From: a virus
Taxonomy: Duplodnaviria > Caudoviricetes
DNA: 62,058 nt
Direction: 5' to 3' (one strand)
Virus record (IMG/VR): IMGVR_UViG_3300025127_000028
Coordinates: 1 to 62,058 of that record
Positions 1-8,200 of this stretch are shown one piece after another (position 1 is the stretch's first letter; every line of letters starts with the position of its first letter). A model generated the notes under the pieces. It did not search any database. It saw only the letters and a program-made list of their open reading frames with translations, and was not told where the DNA came from. Position numbers and translations under genes: made by a program.

Positions 1-182
1 TGGAGTTTGACATATCACATCGTTACAAAGTGTTACGCGAAGTGATTGATGAGTCCAGCCAGAAAGTTTTGGTATTTGTACCATTCAAACATGCGATTGA
101 TATACTTACAGAAAAACTACGCAAGGATGGTATTACCACAGAGGTAATTCGTGGTGATGTATCTGCGCCCAACCGCACACAG
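1..182. repeat. Terminal direct repeat (assembly circularisation overlap), copy 1
   Basis: Identical to 61877-62058 except position 56 (C) vs 61932 (T), a synonymous Ser codon change. Confidence 0.97.
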
Positions 183-479
183 ATATTTAAAACTTTTCAA
201 GAAGCACCGAACCCACGGGTGCTTGTCATCCAGCCCCAATCTGCTGCACATGGTGTCACGTTAACAGCAGCGAATACTGTAGTTTGGTGGGGGCCAACCA
301 GTTCTCTAGAAACGTATGCACAGGCTAACGCTCGTGTTCATAGATCAGGGCAGAAACACAAATGCACCGTTGTTCAGCTTCACGGATCACCCGTAGAGAA
401 ACGTGTTTACACACTGTTAGATAACAGAATAGACGTACACACAAAAATGATCGACCTTTATAAAGAACTACTTGACTAA
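1..479 (+). CDS. C-terminal part of SF2/SNF2-like helicase (continues from 60817 across the join; about 512 aa in total)
   Basis: HELICc motifs KVLVF, AAHGVTL and QANARVHRSGQ; frame is continuous with the ORF starting at 60817. Confidence 0.92.
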   Translation, partial: EFDISHRYKVLREVIDESSQKVLVFVPFKHAIDILTEKLRKDGITTEVIRGDVSAPNRTQIFKTFQEAPNPRVLVIQPQSAAHGVTLTAANTVVWWGPTSSLETYAQANARVHRSGQKHKCTVVQLHGSPVEKRVYTLLDNRIDVHTKMIDLYKELLD

Positions 480-500
480 CACACATACCGTCACTACATT
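472..500 (+). promoter_or_regulatory. Sigma70-like promoter for the replication genes
   Basis: TTGACT-17 nt-TACATT, upstream of the AAGGAG RBS of the 531 gene. Confidence 0.6.
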
Positions 501-530
501 GTATGAAACAATACGTTTAAGGAGAACGGT

Positions 531-923
531 ATGGGCGACATAACCGCAGATAAGCTGACCAAGGCTTACATTAGAATCCGTGAAGAACGGGCGAAGCTGT
601 CGGCAGAATTTAAAGACAAGGATTCTGTTCTCTCTCGTCAATTAGAGAGAATTAAACAAGGACTACTCGACTACTGTAATGCACATAACGTCGAGAGTGT
701 AAGGACTTCCGAAGGATTGTTTTATAGATCTGTAAAGCAAAAGTTTTGGACTAATGATTGGGAGAAGATGCACGAGTTTATTAAAGAGCATCAAGTGCCT
801 GAGTTATTAGAGAAACGTTTGAACCAGACAAATCTTAAACAGTTCTTAGAAGAAAACCCTGAGTCAAAGCCAGAAGGCTTGAATATAGACTCTGAATACT
901 CAATAGCTGTGAGGAAGAAATAA
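531..923 (+). CDS. Conserved phage replication-module protein (130 aa)
   Basis: Strong RBS AAGGAG; coiled-coil N-terminus; lies between helicase and SSB. Confidence 0.75.
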   Translation: MGDITADKLTKAYIRIREERAKLSAEFKDKDSVLSRQLERIKQGLLDYCNAHNVESVRTSEGLFYRSVKQKFWTNDWEKMHEFIKEHQVPELLEKRLNQTNLKQFLEENPESKPEGLNIDSEYSIAVRKK

Positions 924-1213
924 TGGAACCAAAATATGTGCCTATTGAAGATGTAGCTAAACACTTTAGTGTTTCTGTATCGACAATCCGTGCTTGGGTT
1001 CGTCAGGATCAGATTCCACAGGATACTTACATTCGTGTTGGTAACACCTACAGATTCTGCATTCCTGATATATCAGAAGCACTAACAACGAAGAAGACTG
1101 AGACTGTAGAAGAGCCTGTTGCACAAATGTCCACACAGGAAGAAACAGTAGGGTCTAAGGTGGCAACGGATGAAGATGCTGACCTATTAGAACTACTTGA
1201 CGAAGATCAATAA
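923..1213 (+). CDS. Excisionase/MerR-like HTH DNA-binding protein with acidic tail
   Basis: IEDVAKHFSVSVSTIRAWVR...RVGNTYRF winged-HTH pattern; TAATG coupling. Confidence 0.8.
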   Translation: MEPKYVPIEDVAKHFSVSVSTIRAWVRQDQIPQDTYIRVGNTYRFCIPDISEALTTKKTETVEEPVAQMSTQEETVGSKVATDEDADLLELLDEDQ

Positions 1214-1230
1214 GACATCGGGAGAATGAC

Positions 1231-1908
1231 ATGTCTGAAATTGTAAACACAAAATACACTCTAGAAAACGTAGAGGCTATGTGGCCTCGTATTAATCGCA
1301 CCTATAAGTTTGATGCGAAAGAGAAAAAATCTGTACCATGTGATGCGTTTGATGATGGTGCAGCGTACACACTTCAGTTCCGTATGACTGAGGCACAGGC
1401 TAAAGAACTGTATAAGCGTATGAAAACTGCTTATGCTGCGAAACAGGCAGAAAATTCTGAATGGCCTGACAAGTTTCCAATGCCTTTTAAGAAAGATGAT
1501 GATGGGTCATTTACCCACAAAGCAAAACTAAAAGGTGCATATGGAGCGGAAGCTACTCGTAAACCTGCACAATATTCTGCATCTAATAAGAAACTAGACG
1601 ATGATTTCTTGCTGACCAACGGAAGTACAGTTAACATTGCTGTCGTATTTACTCCGTATAATGGGGCGATGGGTGCTGGAGTATCCTTACGCTTAGATGC
1701 GGTGCAGGTTATTGACCTTAAGCCTATGGAAGAACAATCACCGTTTGGTGCGGTAGAGGGTTTTGAAGATAGTCCAAAAGAAGACGACAACCCTTTTGAG
1801 GATGTAACAGTAGATGAACCAAAGAAGGCGGTAAAGAAAACTGCACCTGCTGCACCAGAAAAGGGTAGTGATGATCTAAGTTCTATCATAGACGATTGGG
1901 ACGACTAA
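1231..1908 (+). CDS. Single-stranded DNA-binding protein (T7 gp2.5-like)
   Basis: NGSTVNI..GVSLRLDAVQVIDL OB-fold signature; acidic tail ending DDWDD. Confidence 0.75.
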   Translation: MSEIVNTKYTLENVEAMWPRINRTYKFDAKEKKSVPCDAFDDGAAYTLQFRMTEAQAKELYKRMKTAYAAKQAENSEWPDKFPMPFKKDDDGSFTHKAKLKGAYGAEATRKPAQYSASNKKLDDDFLLTNGSTVNIAVVFTPYNGAMGAGVSLRLDAVQVIDLKPMEEQSPFGAVEGFEDSPKEDDNPFEDVTVDEPKKAVKKTAPAAPEKGSDDLSSIIDDWDD

Positions 1909-1910
1909 TA

Positions 1911-1988
1911 ACCAAAAATACTGCGGCTAGGCTATGGCTGAACTGGGTGTGTACCGACACCCTTGCCGCAGTGCCTCTCGGTTTTGGT
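1911..1988 (+). promoter_or_regulatory. Structured RNA leader of the primase-helicase gene
   Basis: Nested stems ACCAAAA/TTTTGGT, ACTGCGGC/GCCGCAGT and GGGTGT/ACACCC. Confidence 0.55.
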
Positions 1989-1998
1989 GTTAGTTATT

Positions 1999-4809
1999 AT
2001 GGAAACAAGAACTTTTTTAAGGGCAGCACTAGCAAACGAAGGACACTATTGTGTTTTTGCTTCTCGCGCCCATGATGATCGTAGAATACAAAAATTTTAT
2101 GAGTCGATAGATCAGGTAATAGACGCCGCACAAAATATGGATGCGGAAGGTTATGATGCGTACTACGCCCTCGCTACATTCAAAGAAGCAGGGTCACGCA
2201 AAGTAGATAATGTTAAATATTTAAACTCGTTATTTCTTGATCTAGACTGTGGCGCAAGCAAGGACTATGCGACTCAATCAGATGCTATTGGTGCGCTGAA
2301 GCATTTCTGTAAGAGATTGTCCTTACCTAAACCTGTTATGGTAAACTCTGGTCGCGGTGTGCATGTGTACTGGATGTTGAGCGAACCTGTGGGTCTAGAT
2401 GATTGGTTGCCAGTAGCAGAGCGATTGAAAAAACTGTGCGCTGACAACAATTTATTGGCTGATCCTGCGGTCACTGCAGATGCGGCTCGTGTGTTGCGTA
2501 TACCTACAACTCATAATCACAAGGATGACCCTCCTACAGCAGTAAACTTTTTCTTCGAGACTGCTATAAAGCCAGTGGATTTTGATGCGTTTTCTGAACT
2601 ATTAGGCAACAATCCTATACCTGTGCCGAAGCGTTATACTCCTGATGGCAACAATGCAGTCACGACTACACTCAACAGTAATATGGAAAGTACGTTTCGT
2701 GAGATACTACGCAAGACACAACAAGGACGTGGTTGTAAACAGTTACGAAACATAATGGTTAATCAAGAAGAGTGCATCGAACCCATGTGGAGAGCGGGGC
2801 TATCCATAGCTAAGTTCTGTACAGATGCCGATAAAGCTATACATGCAATATCAAAAAAGCATCCAGATTACACAGCAAGCGCTACACAAAAGAAGGTAGA
2901 CCTTATAAAAGGTCCGTACTTGTGCGCTAGATTTGATGAGTATGAGTCAGGTATATGCACCGAATGTCCACATTGGGGCAAGATAAAATCACCTATAACA
3001 TTAGGTAAACGTATACGCGAAGCCACGGACGAGGACAACATTGTTGAGGCTCCAGCCGAGAACCTCCCAAACAACCCCGTAAACCAGTATGTAATCCCTG
3101 CATATCCCCGTCCATACTTCCGTGGTGCAAACGGTGGGGTGTACATCAGGACTGTTAACAGCGATGGAGATCCTGACGAGAAAGTAATATACCATAACGA
3201 CTTATACGTTGTTAGACGACTGCGCGACGTGGAGCTGGGTGAAGCTGTTGTAATGCGATTACATTTGCCTAGAGATGGTGTGCGTGAGTTTACTTTGCCG
3301 CTAACTGCGGTTACTTCTAGAGAAGAGTTCCGAAAATATATGTCCATGCAAGGCGTGGCAGTAACAAAGATGGATGAAATTATGTCGTATACAACAACAT
3401 GGGTGAACGAGCTACAAGCTAACAGCACTGCGGATCAAGCACATAGACAGTTCGGTTGGACTAACGAAGACGGTGGTTCTTTTGTGCTTGGTAATCAGGA
3501 AATATTTAAAGATAAAGTCGAGTTCAATCCACCATCTAATCAGACAGCAGGGTTGTTTGCTTCTTTTGAGCCGCGAGGCACGATGGAGAAATGGAAAGAG
3601 ACCTTAGATTTTTATAATCGTGATGGGTTTGAACTACACCAGTTTGTAGTAGGCACGTCGTTTGGTTCTGCTCTTATGCAGTTCTCACCAATTAAATGTG
3701 CGGCCTTGCATATATACAGCAAGGACTCTGGTGTAGGTAAGACTACCGCCATGGAAGCAGGGGTTTCCGTGTGGGGTAAGCCCGAAGACCTGATTACCAC
3801 AGAGCGTGACACATATAACACCAAGATGAACAGAGGTGAGGTGTATCATAACTTACCGTTATATATGGACGAGTTGACCAACTCACATGGCAGGGAACTT
3901 AGTAACCTTGCATACCAACTTACTGGTGGTAGGCAGCGTGGTCGTATGGCTAGTGGTAGCAATACAGAGCGACATCGGGGTGAGGCTTGGAGTTTGTTAT
4001 CCGTTACCACAGGCAACACCAGTATTGTTGAGCGTATCAGTATTATAAAGGCTATGCCCAAAGCAGAAGCACAGCGCATTTTGGAGTGCCGTGTAAAACG
4101 TATGCACTTTGAAACAAAGGAAGAGACAGATAAATTTTCTGCTGCAATACAAGATAATTACGGACACGCAGGCATAGAATACGTGCAATACCTAATGAAT
4201 AATTTAGAGGACGCAAAGAAACTGTTAGCAGAAGTACAAGCACGGGTGGACGCTGAAGCCAACCTTACTGCTGAAAACAGGTTTTGGTCTGTGCTTATAG
4301 CAGCAACAGTAACAGGACTTATACTTGCAAAACGTGCAGGACTTGTGAACTATAATACTAAGAAAGTATTTAAATGGGGCGTAGAGCAGCTTAAAGAAAA
4401 CAAACGCCAAGTCGAGGACATGAGTGTAGGTGTAGAAGAAGTGCTTAACGATTATATACATGAACACTGGAGTAACGTACTGTGGATCAAGAGTACAGAT
4501 GATTTGCGCAAGCAAAACACAGACGCTGAGTCGGTTGTAATCCCAGAAGCACTACCTAGAGGTAAGCTGGTTGCTCGTTACGAAACAGATTTAAAACGTG
4601 CATATCTAGTGCCAAAGCCATTGAAGGCTTGGTGTGGTGAACAACAGATAAACTATAACTCGTTTGTATACGATCTTAAATCTAAGTTGGGGGCGCGTAA
4701 GTCTAAGATGCGTTTGAGTAAAGGTACGCACATGAACCTACCGCCAACTGATGTAATTATTGTCGATTGTTCAGTGGAGAGGATAGATGGAGAAACGATA
4801 CAAGCGTGA
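1999..4809 (+). CDS. Primase-helicase (RepB/AEP-type primase plus DUF927-type helicase)
   Basis: FLDLD and VNSGRGVHVYW primase motifs, Cys cluster, Walker A SGVGKTT, YMDE; likely start is ATG 1999 (METRTF). Confidence 0.85.
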   Translation: METRTFLRAALANEGHYCVFASRAHDDRRIQKFYESIDQVIDAAQNMDAEGYDAYYALATFKEAGSRKVDNVKYLNSLFLDLDCGASKDYATQSDAIGALKHFCKRLSLPKPVMVNSGRGVHVYWMLSEPVGLDDWLPVAERLKKLCADNNLLADPAVTADAARVLRIPTTHNHKDDPPTAVNFFFETAIKPVDFDAFSELLGNNPIPVPKRYTPDGNNAVTTTLNSNMESTFREILRKTQQGRGCKQLRNIMVNQEECIEPMWRAGLSIAKFCTDADKAIHAISKKHPDYTASATQKKVDLIKGPYLCARFDEYESGICTECPHWGKIKSPITLGKRIREATDEDNIVEAPAENLPNNPVNQYVIPAYPRPYFRGANGGVYIRTVNSDGDPDEKVIYHNDLYVVRRLRDVELGEAVVMRLHLPRDGVREFTLPLTAVTSREEFRKYMSMQGVAVTKMDEIMSYTTTWVNELQANSTADQAHRQFGWTNEDGGSFVLGNQEIFKDKVEFNPPSNQTAGLFASFEPRGTMEKWKETLDFYNRDGFELHQFVVGTSFGSALMQFSPIKCAALHIYSKDSGVGKTTAMEAGVSVWGKPEDLITTERDTYNTKMNRGEVYHNLPLYMDELTNSHGRELSNLAYQLTGGRQRGRMASGSNTERHRGEAWSLLSVTTGNTSIVERISIIKAMPKAEAQRILECRVKRMHFETKEETDKFSAAIQDNYGHAGIEYVQYLMNNLEDAKKLLAEVQARVDAEANLTAENRFWSVLIAATVTGLILAKRAGLVNYNTKKVFKWGVEQLKENKRQVEDMSVGVEEVLNDYIHEHWSNVLWIKSTDDLRKQNTDAESVVIPEALPRGKLVARYETDLKRAYLVPKPLKAWCGEQQINYNSFVYDLKSKLGARKSKMRLSKGTHMNLPPTDVIIVDCSVERIDGETIQA

Positions 4810-5014
4810 GTACGTAAGAATAAGTGACAGATGTTGGGGTAGCCTAGAGTTGCGTGATAAAGCACAAAGAGAACAAATGTTCGCGCCGGTTAAATCAAAT
4901 TTACCTAATGATGCATTTGCAGACGATGATCCAGAAGCTGACTATGATATACATAAGAAATATTACCCCCAACCTACGATGGTGTTAGGTCATGCAGGGA
5001 GTTCTGAAGACTGA
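4787..5014 (+). CDS. Hypothetical protein (75 aa)
   Basis: GGAGAGG RBS; overlaps the primase end. Confidence 0.5.
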   Translation: MEKRYKREYVRISDRCWGSLELRDKAQREQMFAPVKSNLPNDAFADDDPEADYDIHKKYYPQPTMVLGHAGSSED

Positions 5015-5216
5015 TGATCTTAACCCTGATGGAGTACGGGTTGTGGTAAATTGGGATAACATGGTGGTCAGCGCATCTATATTTGTTCCGTGCGTTGACA
5101 CTGACAAGGCTATAAAACAGGTAAAAAATATAGCATTAATAAAGGGTTGGGAGATAGTGACCCGTGTTACAATAGAGAATAATAAATTTGGCTTGCGGGT
5201 TTGGAGAATGACGTGA
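4992..5216 (+). CDS. Hypothetical protein (74 aa), possibly small DNA-binding
   Basis: SIFVP...GLRVWR pattern seen in small phage proteins; last ORF of the + arm. Confidence 0.65.
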   Translation: MQGVLKTDDLNPDGVRVVVNWDNMVVSASIFVPCVDTDKAIKQVKNIALIKGWEIVTRVTIENNKFGLRVWRMT

Positions 5217-5227
5217 TAACTTGTATA

Positions 5228-5292
5228 GGACAGTTTCCTTCGTTGACTGTCGTTCTCCCTTAACTAGCCCCTCGCTTCGGCGGGGGGATTCT
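5228..5292 (+). ncRNA. Candidate trans-acting anti-RBS small RNA
   Basis: Putative promoter TTGCGG (5193) and TGnTAACTT (5214-5222); hairpin GACAGT/ACTGTC; CU-rich seed; UUCG terminator hairpin. Confidence 0.5.
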
Positions 5293-5294
5293 TT
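5268..5294. terminator. Intrinsic terminator between the convergent arms
   Basis: CCCCTCGC-TTCG-GCGGGGGG followed by ATTCTTT. Confidence 0.75.
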
Positions 5295-8200
5295 AATCTG
5301 CGATGCCTAAATCCTGCCACAGCGTTATGGTGTCATCATACTCTGCTGCATCTTCCATAAGTTCATTTCGCATACGAGGATTGATTACGATGCCATGATG
5401 CATACGTGAAGTGGTGCGTTGGTGCGCTTTCATAGACTGCTTGAACGATTTATTTGTAATTGCTGTAGATGGGAACCTTTTGTTGTATTTAATTATTTCT
5501 TTCATAATAGCTTCCATTTCGGAAGTATCGCCTTGCCTTGCTGCTACATAATATCTTTTATATAGCTTGCTTTTTTGTTCGCCAGCGGCACGCTCTTTTC
5601 TTTTGATACGTGCATTCTCTTGTAATTGTTTGGTATATTCTGCGGGGGCAAAACCTAGCAACTGCCCGAATACATGCCCTGCTCCAATGTCTCCTACTAT
5701 GGGGTCGCCCCGTAACGTGTTAGCACCTTCTGTAGCAAACCTATAACTTTTTAAGACGTTACGTATAGCTGCTGGTGACATTGCTTCAATACCACGCTCT
5801 ACATTACCGTCTGCTATCATGCCTACACCACGCTCCATGTTTAGCGCGGTTCCCACCACAGGACCACCAACCATTTCAATGGCATCATAAAACAGACTTT
5901 GATCTTTTTGGACTAGGCGATCACGGAAGATAAGATCGGACAGACCCATACGACTTGCTACATCCACACCTAGTAAATAGTTACCAAGTCCACCATAGAA
6001 GCCCTCACCCAAAAACTTACGCATTGTAGTGTCAAAGTCATCTTCGTCTTCATCTCCGAATATAAGGTCTATGACGGAACCAATAGCCCCCATAAGTGGA
6101 ATACCTTGCGCTCCACCTATAATACCTGCCATGCCCACAGTCCCTGCTAACTGTTTACGAGCTACTAATTTATCTGCAGGAGAACCTTTGATTGCTTCCT
6201 TTGATAGTTTGGCAAGGTGATACGTCATGGATATACCAAAACGTTTAAACAAGAACATAACTTTACCAATACCCCTTTGCGCATATCTAGGTGCGCCAGT
6301 AGCGATGGCACCGCCGTTGGTAAGTTCTGTTACATAGATGGCTTTTTCTGCGGCTTCTGTTCTTGCGGCATCGTTTATAGTTTTGCCAGCTTTGCGCATT
6401 GCGCCTAATTCTAAATCATATGCAGTCATCAATGCTACTTGACGGTTCATACGCTCACCGTGGTGGAATATCCATCCAGATACAGCGCCTATCTTTCTCA
6501 TTGGACTATCTATTCTGTCCATGTCCAACATGTCATAAGTTATTGAACGGTTTAACTGCCCCATGCGCCCAGCTACTTCAGCTAGTACCTTATACTCCTT
6601 AACTTCTTTTGGTGTGTTGGGGTCGTCAAAATCATAATTGTCCAGTGATGGTGTAGCGGATGTAGTTTCTTTTATTTTACCATCAGGGCCAATCGTTTCT
6701 GAGGTGCGTTTAAAACCACTATTTTTAAACATGCGCATGGCTCTACCCGTGGCTTTCATAGTTTCAGAGTAACCATACTTACCGCCAAGGTAGGGCATAA
6801 CCACCATCGGTAGTTGTGAGAAGTTAACCACGGCAGAGGATATGTTTGCGCCAAGGGTCATAACAAACCCACCAGTTGTAAGTGCTTGCGCCCAGTTTTC
6901 TACGTTAGGGTTTTTAGCCCAGTCTGCACGTTGATCTAACTCATTAGCCAAAAGAACAGAAGTATCATCATTTTTTTCTACAGTCTTGACATGCTCTTTT
7001 ATTTCTTTCTGCACGGCAGATATTTTTTGTCCGTACTCCATTTGCACAAGCTGTCGTGATAGTGAGCTAGTTCTCTTGCGAAGCGCACCAATGGCATCTC
7101 GCTCAAACCCAAGCGTGCCTTTACGATTTCTAAATGACTGTGCAAATGACCGCTCTGGAAGAGAGTCAAGAAATAACCGCATTATCTGTTCTTTGACTTC
7201 GGCATCTACATTGTTTGTCTGTAATGTCTGAAGCACGTCGTTAACAAATGATGTAGGTGGCGCCTTATCGTAACTGACTTCTGATAGATTAGAGAACGAT
7301 TGAAAGTCTTTAGCCTCTGCATCAGGGTCTGCTTCCATAACCCTTTGCGCTTCTCTTCTATCTGTCTTACTTTCAAACGCTTCAACATAAAACTCCATGT
7401 TACCTGTGCGAGGGTCTCGCGCACTATAGGATAACCAGTACCCGCCACTACGAGTTAACGGGAAGTAAGGCTCAATAACACCGTTGTCGTAGAGAGCATT
7501 GTATACCTCTGCAAACACTTTTTTACGTGTAGGCTCATCAGAAATACCCTCGTCAATCTTGCTTTTAAGTATCCTACCCATCTCGTCATAGAGTTTTTTG
7601 TAGGTATTACGCATAGACTTGTAATGAGCTTGCCCTTCCTCACCAAGTGAGTTCCAATCGTCTTGCATGGCTTTCCATGCGTCTAACTTTTCTCCAGTGT
7701 AATCACTTTTGGGCTTTGAGGGATCAACCTGCTCTAATGTACTGTTGTAGATTACATTATTGAAAGCGTCTAATTTATCTTGATTCTTGCTGCCCCACGC
7801 AGACACTCGTTTGACCACTGGCTCAATCATACTGTTCATCTCAGTAACTTTGCCACTTGCCTCAAACGTCAGTTTTTCTAGTTTAGTTGCCATGGGTATG
7901 CGGGCTTTTGCAACATCGACTAAGGCATTGATTGGTAGCAACCCGAGCATAAAGTTCTTTGCCTTGTCAGGGAATCTATCTGCAAGAACTTCTTTTACAC
8001 GTTTTATGCCAGCAGCATCCCATGTGGGGGTATTCTTAACCATGTTATCAATGATTGCTTTAGCCTTATCTGGCACCATGGTTTGCATGTAAAGTCTGCC
8101 AGCACCACGAGATTCTGGCGCAGGTGCAAGCATGGCTTCAATTAGCTTATCTGCTTGGTTAAGTGCAGAGTCCACAGGCTTTGTCTGCATACCCATGGCA

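Noticed and set aside
1-182. True physical terminal repeat
   Set aside because: It falls mid-gene in the helicase, which is more typical of an assembly overlap; the ends are more plausibly near 47.5 kb
923-1213. Excisionase as evidence of lysogeny
   Set aside because: No integrase or att site seen; such HTH proteins are common regulators in lytic phages
1963-1998. ORF-track upstream starts (1963, 36541, 47730, 55270, 57435, 58004)
   Set aside because: Downstream ATGs have better RBSs or translational coupling; the extensions overlap RNA structures or neighbouring genes
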